Positions 7,557 to 16,343 of a DNA stretch of 32,000 bases are shown here, piece by piece (positions within the stretch are counted from its first letter, which is position 1; each line of letters opens with the position of its first letter). The translations under genes were made by a program, and so were the position numbers. Below the pieces are notes generated by a model that saw only the letters and a list, made by a program, of their open reading frames with translations, did no database searches and was not told the DNA's origin. Source of the stretch: Pseudomonadales bacterium. GTDB taxonomy: Bacteria > Pseudomonadota > Gammaproteobacteria > Pseudomonadales > Pseudohongiellaceae. Where the stretch lies: assembly GCA_022821865.1 (NCBI GenBank), contig JAJECW010000007.1:1-32000 (forward strand), in the 5' to 3' direction.

Positions 7557-8651
7557 GTGACCGAGAAAACGGTTACACCGAAACCCCGTTCCGAAGCTGC
7601 CAAAGCCAGAACCGCCAAGGCAAAAAGCCGTTTGGCCCGGCAGTCCCATACCGCGCGCAACCGCTTTCTGATCCTGCTGTTTCTGTTCGTTTCCCTGCTC
7701 GCAGCTTCCGGCTATCTGCTAACGCAACTCGCGCTCATGCGGGGACAGGTGGAAATCCTGGCCAGCGAGAATGCCGAACTTGCCGATACCGAAGCGGCCC
7801 ATGCGGCAACCATCGAGACCATGCAGGAGCAACTCGCCGCGCCGCCGGAACCGGCGCCCATGGATCTGGCGCCGCTGGAGGATCTGGAACAGCGCCTGCG
7901 CCAGGAAACCGACTCCCTCAGCCGGCGGCTCAGCGAAGTCAGCGCAGCCCAGCGTGGCCTCCAGGCCCGGTCCGAATACGGCTGGAAGCTGCGCGAGGCC
8001 GCGAATCTGCTCAATCTCGCCGACCGCAAACTGCGGCTTGAAGCCGATATCCATGGCGCCATCGCGCTGTTCGAAAGCGCCGACCAGGCCCTGGTGGACG
8101 CCGAACGCGATGGCGTCTTGCATATCCGTCAGGCCATAGCCGAAGAGGCCGCCCGGCTTCGCGCCCTGGAAGCGGTGGACCGGGAGGGAATCTGGTTCCG
8201 GCTGGAAAGCCTGCAAGGCGAAATCAGCCGGCTCGACCTGCTCGCATCCCTGCGCGGGTCGGTTGCCGCCAGCGCCGCCCCGGCAAATTCGCCGGAAACC
8301 GGCTGGCTGACCGCCGGGCTGGAATTCCTCGGCAGCGTATTTGTCTGGCGCCGCTGGGAGGAGCGGCCGGAGTTAGAACTGGTGGCGGGGCGGGAGGAGT
8401 TCATTCGCGAGGCCATTCGCCTGCGAATCGCCCAGGCCCAGCTTGCCCTGCTGCGGCGCGACAGCGCCATGTACCGCGTCAGTCTGCAAGCCGGTCGCGA
8501 TGAATTGCGGGGCTTTGCCGCAGACGAATCGGTAGCCCGGCTCACGGCGGAGCTGAATGCCTTGCTGGCCATCGAGATTGCCCCGGAATTGCCGGTGCTC
8601 AACGAGTCGCTGGACCTGCTCGGCGAGTTCCTCACCGGCCTGTCACAATGA
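7557..8651 (+). CDS. hemX: HemX-family membrane protein
   Basis: GTG start. Charged N-terminus, a single TM segment (FLILLFLFVSLLAASGYLL) and a long coiled-coil-like periplasmic part. Assigned by this architecture and its position after hemD. Confidence 0.75.
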   Translation: MTEKTVTPKPRSEAAKARTAKAKSRLARQSHTARNRFLILLFLFVSLLAASGYLLTQLALMRGQVEILASENAELADTEAAHAATIETMQEQLAAPPEPAPMDLAPLEDLEQRLRQETDSLSRRLSEVSAAQRGLQARSEYGWKLREAANLLNLADRKLRLEADIHGAIALFESADQALVDAERDGVLHIRQAIAEEAARLRALEAVDREGIWFRLESLQGEISRLDLLASLRGSVAASAAPANSPETGWLTAGLEFLGSVFVWRRWEERPELELVAGREEFIREAIRLRIAQAQLALLRRDSAMYRVSLQAGRDELRGFAADESVARLTAELNALLAIEIAPELPVLNESLDLLGEFLTGLSQ

Positions 8652-9928
8652 TCCGCCTGTTTGTGTATTCCCTGGCGGCCATCGCCGCCGCCCTGCTTGT
8701 CATCCTGTTTACCGATTTCCCCGCCGACCCGGGCTATCTGCTGATTGCATTCGGCGATTCCACCTTTGAAACCAGCCTGCTCGCCCTGGGCCTGGCCCTT
8801 GCGGTGATCTATCTGCTGTACCGGCTGCTGCGCCTGCTGTTTGGCTGGGTCAATCCCTGGCAGTGGGCCCGGGCCGGAAAGCGAGTGGGCAGCCTGTTCC
8901 ATGCGGACCCTCGCAGCAAGACCGAACAGGGCGCCCTGGCGTTGTTTCGGGGCAACTGGCAATTGGCATACAACCTGCTGATGCAAGGCCGTAATGAGCG
9001 CAACGCCGGCCCGGTCAATTATCTGCTGGCGGCCTGCGCGGCCCACAAGCTCAAACAGCCGGAACTGTGGGCCAATTGCCTGGAAACCGCCGAGCGGCGC
9101 TATCCCCGGGCGCGCTCCACGGCGGGCATTGTCCGGGCCCACCTGCTGCAGCGCAATCAGCGCCCGGACCAGGCGCTCAAGGCGATCAACAGCCTGCGCA
9201 AGACCGTGCTCAACGACGCCTCCCTGCTTGGCCTGCTGCAACAGGTCTATGTCGATCTGGAAGACTGGGACGAACTGGAAAAGCTGCTGCCTGCGCTGAA
9301 ACGCAATGGGGCGGCCGGCCCGGAAGAGATTCTGCGCCTGCGGCGGCATATCTTCGCCCAGCGGCTCCACGGCCTCGCCGCCGGGCGCGACGCCAGTCTC
9401 GACCACAGGGAAAGCCTGGCCAGGTTGCGGCAATTCTGGAAAAAGGCGCCGGAGGAATACCGCCTCTCCCCCGCATTGACCAGCCTCTACGCCCGCCATG
9501 CGCTGCGCCATGGCGGCGGCGCGGACGCCGCGGCGGCCATCGAACACATACTCGACAAGGAATGGCAGGCCAGCCTGATCGAACTGTATGGCGTTCTCGC
9601 TCTCGGCGATGACATGCGGCGGCTCAATCTTGCCGAAGAATGGCTTGCCAGCCGCCCAAGGGACCCGGACCTGCTGCTGAGTCTCGGCCGTCTCTGCCTG
9701 CGCAACGAACTCTGGGGCAAGGCCCGGGAATACTTCCAGGCCAGCATCGGCAGCCGGCCCGGCGCCGCCGCCCACGGAGAACTCAGCCGCCTGCTCGAAA
9801 ACCTCGCCGAACCCGATGCTGCCAGAAACCATCTGGCCCGGTACCGCAAACTCGCCGCCGAACCCCTGCCCGACCTTCCCCAGCCCTCGCTAGTCGGAAC
9901 TTCACGCCCATCCAATCCAGCGCAATGA
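8648..9928 (+). CDS. hemY: HemY-family protein (N-terminal TM pair plus TPR-like repeats)
   Basis: The ATG overlaps the hemX stop (ATGA). Two N-terminal hydrophobic helices are followed by a helical-repeat C-terminal part. Synteny is hemCDXY. Confidence 0.8.
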   Translation: MIRLFVYSLAAIAAALLVILFTDFPADPGYLLIAFGDSTFETSLLALGLALAVIYLLYRLLRLLFGWVNPWQWARAGKRVGSLFHADPRSKTEQGALALFRGNWQLAYNLLMQGRNERNAGPVNYLLAACAAHKLKQPELWANCLETAERRYPRARSTAGIVRAHLLQRNQRPDQALKAINSLRKTVLNDASLLGLLQQVYVDLEDWDELEKLLPALKRNGAAGPEEILRLRRHIFAQRLHGLAAGRDASLDHRESLARLRQFWKKAPEEYRLSPALTSLYARHALRHGGGADAAAAIEHILDKEWQASLIELYGVLALGDDMRRLNLAEEWLASRPRDPDLLLSLGRLCLRNELWGKAREYFQASIGSRPGAAAHGELSRLLENLAEPDAARNHLARYRKLAAEPLPDLPQPSLVGTSRPSNPAQ

Positions 9929-9984
9929 GTCTTTCCGGAACAAGCAGCCCAAACCAGGCATTTTCTGACATGACCAGAGTTTTC

Positions 9985-10731
9985 CTAATGCGTCATCGAA
10001 TACATCAGATAGTTGATGCCAAGGCGGTAGGCTGAGTTGGCGTAGCGGGTGGGATAGGCTGGATGGTAGGTGTGTTCCCAGCCATCTCCCATGTCGGAAT
10101 TCCAGTTGACCAGCACCATGACCCGTCCAGCATCGTCAAGAATCGCATGATTGCTGGCATGGTCGATGCCGCGCTCGCCAAACTCATCGGTGCGGTACAG
10201 CGCGGGAATCATTTGAGGTCCATCGATGTCGTAATAGACGTGGAAAATCTCATGGTCCGGCGGCAGCTCGGTAATCTCCCGGTCGGGAAAAATCTGACTG
10301 AATGCGGCCTGGAAATTGTCCCACTCAAGTTGGCCCCAGAAATCGTCGATCAGCAGGAAACCGCCCCGCAGCAGGTATTCGCGCAGGTTTTCGATTTCCG
10401 CCGGACTCAAGGTGATGCCGCCGTTCTGGCCCACTTCAAGCATGTAGAGGAAGGGATAGTTGAAGATTTCCGCATCATCGAGGCGCAGCACGATGGGATT
10501 GCTCATGACGCGGATATTGGTCAGGCGTGAAACCCCACGCAGGAAATTCTCATCGGAAGCCGGAAAATCGATGGCCCAGGCGCCATAGCCGAATCCGCGG
10601 CCATAGTAGGTATCAAACTGCACCCGCACGAAATTGAATTCCCCGGCGTTATCGTAGTCGGTCTCGGGGCTCTGGCCGGCGGCGGCGCCAGCCAGGGCGA
10701 GCAACAGCAATTTGGTCAAGAGTCTGGACAT
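9985..10731 (-). CDS. Secreted DUF4159-like protein
   Basis: 248 aa from ATG 10731, with signal peptide MSRLLTKLLLLALAGAAAG. YPFLYMLEVGQNGGITLSPAEIENLREYLLRGGFLLIDDFWG resembles the DUF4159 core as I remember it. The 44-codon upstream extension runs into the A2 repeat and is rejected. Confidence 0.5.
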   Translation of the reverse strand: MSRLLTKLLLLALAGAAAGQSPETDYDNAGEFNFVRVQFDTYYGRGFGYGAWAIDFPASDENFLRGVSRLTNIRVMSNPIVLRLDDAEIFNYPFLYMLEVGQNGGITLSPAEIENLREYLLRGGFLLIDDFWGQLEWDNFQAAFSQIFPDREITELPPDHEIFHVYYDIDGPQMIPALYRTDEFGERGIDHASNHAILDDAGRVMVLVNWNSDMGDGWEHTYHPAYPTRYANSAYRLGINYLMYSMTH

Positions 10732-10783
10732 CTTTATCCTTCCTCGGGAATAGTGTGTCGACATTCCGCTCCCGTTGCAACTC

Positions 10784-10890
10784 GCCGAATTCGATGGCGT
10801 AAGCCATTGAATTCGCGAGCAAAACAAACCACGCTTTTGTTTTGCGACAATGAAAAATTCCATGGATGGAATTTTTCAGAGAATACCAAG
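10784..10890 (+). repeat. Composite mosaic element, copy A2 (modules M2-M3-M4, no M1)
   Basis: M2 hairpin is 10787-10814, M3 hairpin 10819-10845 and M4 hairpin gaaaaattcca/tgga/tggaatttttc 10852-10877, with the tail running to 10890. It fills most of the gap between the ChaN stop (10896) and the DUF4159 start (10731), antisense to both genes. Confidence 0.9.
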
Positions 10891-10895
10891 GGCAA

Positions 10896-11918
10896 TCAAC
10901 GCAACTGCGCGCAGTAGTCCTGTTCTTCCACAGCGGGGGTAAACCAGAGGTAGTCGTGTTCGGCAATGCCGCCAAAGCGTTCGAGGTAGGTTACCGGCAC
11001 GGTTTCATCGGGCTGTACTTCAACGAAGGACAGCGAGATGATTTGCTCCCGGCGCAGGCCGGGTTCGAGCGCCAGCAGGTAGTTGGGTACGCCGAGGTCC
11101 TGGCGGGCGTGGTAGTTGCCGGCGATCAGCAGCGCGGGGCCTGCATCTCCCGCGAGCGCTACCATGGCCCGGGCCATGGCAAGGTCCCGGCTCTGCTGTA
11201 CCCGCACCATGGCGGGAAACTGACTTTCCGGCAGCAGACCGCAGTGGCTTTCGTCGATATCGGCATGGAACTTGCCCATGGCTTCGGCGTCATACACATT
11301 CTCCAGCAGCGCGGGACCATCGCCCTGATAGATTTCCATGATCGCGCCTTCGTCGATATTGGCGACCGCCAGGGGCAAGTCCGCCGCCAGGGCCGCAAGC
11401 AGCAGCGGTGAATAGAATTCCCAGTTCCAGTCGTCGTCCCATTCGAGCCAGCTTTTCAGCGCCCCGGCGTCTGCGAACTCCCGCCCGGCGATGCCCTTGA
11501 GCTTCCCTGCCCGGGAAGCATCGATCATCTCGAATGCGACCCCGGACAAGGCCCCGGTGGAAATCAGCGATTCCAGCACCGCAAGCTGCAGGCGGTGATG
11601 GTCCGCGTTGTCGTGCTTTTCGCCTAGCAGCAGGAACCGCGCCTCGCGCAGACTGTCCAGCAATTCACCGGGCGTAACGAAGCGCTGCGGGCGGCTGTCC
11701 CAGATGCGGCCCACCAGCCCGTGGTCCTGACGCAGGGGCGATTCCCAGACCGCGGGATTCTCCGGCGTCTGGGCCGAGCAGGCGTTGGTCAGCAGCGCCA
11801 CCAGCAACAACACCAGTACAGCGGACCTTGCCGCAGGCCGGTGATGCGTTCCCCACACGCTCCCGCCAAAATGCCCGCAAATCCGCCAGTTCAATTCACG
11901 CCACCCATCATCAGCCAT
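10896..11918 (-). CDS. ChaN-family (haem-binding uptake / Tiki-superfamily) lipoprotein
   Basis: LLGEKHDNADHH and the overall length fit the ChaN/Cofac_haem_bdg family. The N-terminus is hydrophobic and ends in TNAC. The start is uncertain: ATG 11918 overlaps the cytochrome c gene by 28 nt, and an in-frame GTG at 11858 is an alternative. Confidence 0.6.
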   Translation of the reverse strand: MADDGWRELNWRICGHFGGSVWGTHHRPAARSAVLVLLLVALLTNACSAQTPENPAVWESPLRQDHGLVGRIWDSRPQRFVTPGELLDSLREARFLLLGEKHDNADHHRLQLAVLESLISTGALSGVAFEMIDASRAGKLKGIAGREFADAGALKSWLEWDDDWNWEFYSPLLLAALAADLPLAVANIDEGAIMEIYQGDGPALLENVYDAEAMGKFHADIDESHCGLLPESQFPAMVRVQQSRDLAMARAMVALAGDAGPALLIAGNYHARQDLGVPNYLLALEPGLRREQIISLSFVEVQPDETVPVTYLERFGGIAEHDYLWFTPAVEEQDYCAQLR

Positions 11919-12400
11919 TGCGAATAGGTCTCATCGCTCCAGAAATCCTGAAACCAGGCGATTGCCGCCAGCTTGTCATCTTCGGCCAGCGCAGCGCCGA
12001 ATGCGGGCATCTGCCCACCCAGGGCAATACCTCCCTCGTCAATCACCCGCAGCAATACGGGAAGCGGGTGATGCCAGGCATGGGCCGAACCATTCAGCGG
12101 CGGCGGCGGAAAGGAACCGTCCAGCAACCGCTCCCGCCAGTCGGTGGTCGCGCCCTGGGCGGCATCCCCATGACATTCCGCGCAATGGGCGGCAAACACC
12201 TCCGCCCCGGCGGAAACCTGTTCCACCGAATACCAGCGCCCGGTTTCGGAGTCGGCCCGGTAGTTGTCGATATTCCCGTCACCGCAGCCCGCGAGCAGCG
12301 CCAATGCCGGCGCCGACGCCAGAAACCAGTACGGCGCTTCGCGGGCCACACCAAACTGAAAGTTGCCCAGCAACGGAAACAAGAAAATGATCTCAATCAA
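11891..12400 (-). CDS. c-type cytochrome lipoprotein
   Basis: CAECH haem c-binding motif, a downstream Met (GGQMPAF) as a possible axial ligand, and a lipobox-like LLAGC. Confidence 0.8.
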   Translation of the reverse strand: MIEIIFLFPLLGNFQFGVAREAPYWFLASAPALALLAGCGDGNIDNYRADSETGRWYSVEQVSAGAEVFAAHCAECHGDAAQGATTDWRERLLDGSFPPPPLNGSAHAWHHPLPVLLRVIDEGGIALGGQMPAFGAALAEDDKLAAIAWFQDFWSDETYSQWLMMGGVN

Positions 12401-12447
12401 CAGAAATATCCCGTATCAGGCATCTTAACATCAACTCCGCCCCCCAT

Positions 12448-12573
12448 CGGTGCCTGCAGGGCGGATTCGCGGTGAGACCGCACCTGCCTCAGGCGCACGA
12501 AGCGGCGCGAGAAGTCAGAGTCCAGCAGAAAATCCGTGTTTTCTCAAGAAATTCAAACAGTTGGAATTTACGG
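12448..12573 (+). repeat. Decayed repeat remnants (C-like, M1-like, M4-like, linker plus M2-like)
   Basis: cggtgcctgcagggcggattcgcgg (12448-12472) resembles the C motif. aagtcagag (12512-12520) matches the start of M1. gaaaatccgtgttttc (12528-12543) looks like an internally deleted M4. ttctcaagaaattcaaacagttggaatttacgg (12541-12573) parallels tattctcaagaattcaatggtttacgccatcgaattcgg at 4144-4182. Confidence 0.45.
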
Positions 12574-12694
12574 ACAGGAATTGGGCTTCCCGTTCTTCGG
12601 CAGGTCGAATCGAATCAGCCTTGCCCTTCTCTTCCGGCAACGGAATATTGCTACACTTCACGCGGTAGATTTCCCGCTTGGGGGTGACTAGCCG

Positions 12695-15037
12695 ATGAAG
12701 CCGCTCCGGTCAATCGCACTGGCTTTTGGGCCGCTGATTCTTCTTGTTGCCGGGGGCTGCGCCCCGGAAGCCGACTTGCCGATGCCATCAACCAGCGCAA
12801 CCGAAGCCGAATACCGCCGCGCCGAAGCCATGCTGGCCGCCAACACCGCGCCGCTGCTCGCCAATCACATGGCGGCACATTACTGGCAGGACGACGACCG
12901 GCTGGTGTACCGGCGGTCCGATCTCGGCGCGCAAAGCTACATCGTCCTTGATCCCGCCAGCGGCGAGCGCGGGGAACTGCTCGACAGTGAACGTCTTGCC
13001 ACAGCGCTGGAAGAATTGCTCGGACGGGAAGTGGCCCTCCGAGACCTGCTGCTTACCGGTATCAGCCTTGACGGCAACGAAGTGGAATTCAATTTCGACG
13101 GCGAGCGCTATTCCTTGACTTTGGGTGGGGAGTATTCCCCGGGGCAACTCGAATCCGCTCCGGTCAACGAGTTTCTGTCTCCCGACGGCAGCCGCGCGGC
13201 TTTCATCCGCGACCACAATCTATGGATTCGCGATACCGCCACCGGTGAGTTGACCCGGCTTACTTTTGACGGCGAGGAGAACTACGGCTACGCCACCAAC
13301 AATGCCGGCTGGGTTCGCGGCGACGGCCCCGTGTTGAAGTGGTCGCCGGATTCCAGCAGGATCGCCACTTTTCGCCATGACGGTCGTAAAGTGGGCGATA
13401 TCGCACTATGGGATACCCGGGTGGGCCGTCCGGAAGTCGATATCTGGAAGTACCCACTGCCGGGCGATGAGCATATCTTCACGATTGAGCGGGTAGTCAT
13501 TCATCTGGAGCCCAAGCCGCGAGTCGTCTTTCTCGACCTGCCGCCGGACCCGCACCGTTCCACCACCAGCGATCATGTCGCCGGCGGCGACGGCGTTTTT
13601 CTCGATACCCAATGGAGCGCGGACAGCGGGCGCCTCGCTTTCATTTCCTCTTCCCGGGATCACAAGCAGGCGCGGTTGCGCTTGGTGGACATCGAGAGCG
13701 GGGGTGTTCGGGATGTCTATCTGGAAGTCGCCGAAACCCAATACATGGCGGGCTTCATGGATGAAAACTGGCGGGTATTGCACGAGCGCGGCGAGTTCAT
13801 CTGGTTTTCCGAGCGCGACAACTGGGGCCATCTGTATCTGCACGACCTGGCAAGCGGCGAGTTGAAACACGCCATTACCACCGGCGACTGGCTCGTGCTC
13901 GCCATCGAACAGATAGACGAGGAAAGCGGACAACTCTGGCTGCTCGGCTCGAATGCCGAGCCCGGCGACCCGTATTTTCACTATCTGTACCGGGTTGGCC
14001 TCAATGATGGAAACCGGCAACTGCTCACCCCGGAATCCGGCCACCATGAGATTAGCTGGTCCTCCTCGGGGGAATACTTTCTCGATACCTGGTCGACTCC
14101 CGATACACCCCCGGTATCCGCGGTGCGCAATCGAGAGGGAGAAATACTCGCCACGCTGGAGAAAACCGATGTTTCAGCCCTCGCGGAAACAGGCTGGCGG
14201 CCGCCGGCGCCATTTACCGTGAAGGCGCGGGACCAGGTTACCGACCTGTATGGACTGATGTACCTGCCGTCCGGCCTGGATGAATCACGCCAGTATCCGG
14301 TGCTCAATTATCTCTATCCCGGCCCCCAGGCCGGCAGCGTGGGCAGCCGCGGATTTCGCCCATCCCGGGGCGACAAGCAGGCCCTGGCCGAACTTGGCTT
14401 CATCGTTGTGGAAGTCGACGCCATGGGAACACCGGGGCGCTCCAAGGCTTTCCACGACATCTACTACGGCAACATGGGCGACAACGGCCTTCCCGACCAG
14501 GTGGGAGCAATCCGCCAGTTGGCAGACCGCCACTCCTACATGGACCTGGAGCGGGTCGGCATCTGGGGCCATTCCGGCGGTGGTTTCGCTTCCACCGCCG
14601 GCATTCTGCGCTACCCGGATTTCTACCGGGTTGCCGTCTCCAGCGCAGGCAACCACGACAATCGCAATTACGAGGACGACTGGGGCGAACGCTGGCAGGG
14701 CCTGCTCGAATACAGTGGAGAAACCGACCCGGTGCGCGGCCATGCCCTGTCCAATTACGACAACCAGGCCAACCCACTGCTGGCCGGAAACCTGCAGGGC
14801 AAGCTCCTCCTCGCCCATGGTTTGATGGACACCAATGTACACCCGTCAGGCACCATGCTCATGGTGGACGCCCTGGTCGAGGCCGAAAAGGACTTCGACC
14901 TCATCATCCTGCCCAACAGCGGCCACGGTTTCCTAAACTCCCGCTACTTCATGAAACGCCGCTGGGACTACTTCATCGAACACCTGCAACAGCGCATGCC
15001 CAATAAGGATTTCCGGTTTGGTGAGGAAATTCGGTGA
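12695..15037 (+). CDS. Dipeptidyl-peptidase IV family S9 serine peptidase, lipoprotein
   Basis: 780 aa. Lipobox LLVAGGC, a long beta-propeller-type N-terminal region and an S9 catalytic domain with nucleophile elbow GIWGHSGGG, then LAHGLMDTNV and PNSGHGF. Confidence 0.85.
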   Translation: MKPLRSIALAFGPLILLVAGGCAPEADLPMPSTSATEAEYRRAEAMLAANTAPLLANHMAAHYWQDDDRLVYRRSDLGAQSYIVLDPASGERGELLDSERLATALEELLGREVALRDLLLTGISLDGNEVEFNFDGERYSLTLGGEYSPGQLESAPVNEFLSPDGSRAAFIRDHNLWIRDTATGELTRLTFDGEENYGYATNNAGWVRGDGPVLKWSPDSSRIATFRHDGRKVGDIALWDTRVGRPEVDIWKYPLPGDEHIFTIERVVIHLEPKPRVVFLDLPPDPHRSTTSDHVAGGDGVFLDTQWSADSGRLAFISSSRDHKQARLRLVDIESGGVRDVYLEVAETQYMAGFMDENWRVLHERGEFIWFSERDNWGHLYLHDLASGELKHAITTGDWLVLAIEQIDEESGQLWLLGSNAEPGDPYFHYLYRVGLNDGNRQLLTPESGHHEISWSSSGEYFLDTWSTPDTPPVSAVRNREGEILATLEKTDVSALAETGWRPPAPFTVKARDQVTDLYGLMYLPSGLDESRQYPVLNYLYPGPQAGSVGSRGFRPSRGDKQALAELGFIVVEVDAMGTPGRSKAFHDIYYGNMGDNGLPDQVGAIRQLADRHSYMDLERVGIWGHSGGGFASTAGILRYPDFYRVAVSSAGNHDNRNYEDDWGERWQGLLEYSGETDPVRGHALSNYDNQANPLLAGNLQGKLLLAHGLMDTNVHPSGTMLMVDALVEAEKDFDLIILPNSGHGFLNSRYFMKRRWDYFIEHLQQRMPNKDFRFGEEIR

Positions 15038-15080
15038 CAGAATGATTCTCTTCACTCGACCCACACCTCAAATATCCGGG

Positions 15081-15119
15081 CCAAGAGTCTGCGCCACAGG
15101 AATTCACGGCTGCAAATCC
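15081..15119 (+). repeat. C-motif copy C3 (extended form)
   Basis: ccaagagtctgcgccacaggaattcacggctgcaaatcc matches 30367-30405 at 33 of 39 positions by eye. Confidence 0.8.
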
Positions 15120-15221
15120 GCTCTCATCCACGCCTTTGGCGCTGGCACCACCCTATTCTTTCGTGGAATCAGGGCGCCTCAAACGTTTTTGACTATCGCT
15201 ACGAATAGTCGGGAGTGGAAC

Positions 15222-16334
15222 TTGAAATATCGTCTCTGGTTGCTGCTGTTTGCCTGCTGCTTGTTTGGCGCCTGCACTGCAAGCAATCCCATCGAACAGG
15301 CCCTTCTTGCTGACGAACCCGCCTTGCGAGCGGTGATGCAAAATCTTTCGCACCACCAGGTGCAGGTACTGTTCACCGAAATCGAGCGCGATGCGGATGG
15401 TTCCGTTACGTTCCGCGAGCACAGTTTCGGACTTGACGACAACCGGTATTTCTATCCCGCCAGCACGGTCAAGCTGCCGGTGGCTCTGCTCGCTCTGGAA
15501 AAGCTGGAACTACTGGAAGGGGTCGATCGCCATAGCCGCTACACCGTTGGCGATGCAGGCGAGGAAAGCAGTTTCACCGACGACCTGATTGCCCTGTTCG
15601 TGGTCAGCGACAATCCCGCCAACAACCGCCTGTATGAATTCCTGGGCAAGGACGAAATCAATCTGCGCCTGCGGCGCAAGGGCCTGAATGCCCGCATCTC
15701 CCATCGCCTCGGAACCCGCGATTCAGACTCGTTGCGAACCGAGGCGATCACGTTCTCCCGGCCCGAAGGCGGCCCGCTGCGCGTCGGGCCGATCGACAAC
15801 TCTCCGATCGAAGTGCTGCCGCTGGACAATCTCCTGCAGGGTTCGGCGTACATCGAAAACGGCAGGCGGATCGGGGATCCCTTCGATTTTTCCGATAACA
15901 ACTACCTGCCGCTGAGCTCGCTGCATCAAATCACGCAGCGGCTCGTGTTTCCCGAAGCCTTCACCGGGGAGGAGCGGTTTCAGCTCAGTGACGAACATCG
16001 CGAATTCGTGCTGAATACCATGAAAACGCTGCCGCGGGAGGCGGGCTACGACGAGTCGGTGTATCCGGACGGGAGACTGAAGTATTTTCTGTTCGGCGAC
16101 AGCAGGGAACGCATCCCGGAACACATCGAGATTTTCAACAAGATAGGACGCGCTTACGGGTACCTCACCGATTCGGCTTACATCGTCGATCGCCGGACGA
16201 ATCGGGAGTTTCTGATTTCCGCGACCATCCGCGTCAACGCCAACGAGACATTCAACGACGATGATTACGAGTATGTGGAAATCGGAATCCCTTTCCTCGC
16301 CGAACTCGGCCGGCAACTGGTATTCGAGCGGTAG
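15222..16334 (+). CDS. Class-A-beta-lactamase-fold serine hydrolase, lipoprotein
   Basis: A TTG start at 15222 gives the signal/lipobox KYRLWLLLFACCLFGAC. Motifs are SxxK (PASTVK), SDN (VVSDNPANN) and a KTG-box variant NKIG. The part of ORF 15018..16334 upstream of 15222 overlaps the DPP-IV gene and the C3 repeat. Confidence 0.7.
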   Translation: MKYRLWLLLFACCLFGACTASNPIEQALLADEPALRAVMQNLSHHQVQVLFTEIERDADGSVTFREHSFGLDDNRYFYPASTVKLPVALLALEKLELLEGVDRHSRYTVGDAGEESSFTDDLIALFVVSDNPANNRLYEFLGKDEINLRLRRKGLNARISHRLGTRDSDSLRTEAITFSRPEGGPLRVGPIDNSPIEVLPLDNLLQGSAYIENGRRIGDPFDFSDNNYLPLSSLHQITQRLVFPEAFTGEERFQLSDEHREFVLNTMKTLPREAGYDESVYPDGRLKYFLFGDSRERIPEHIEIFNKIGRAYGYLTDSAYIVDRRTNREFLISATIRVNANETFNDDDYEYVEIGIPFLAELGRQLVFER

Positions 16335-16343
16335 CTGACGGCA

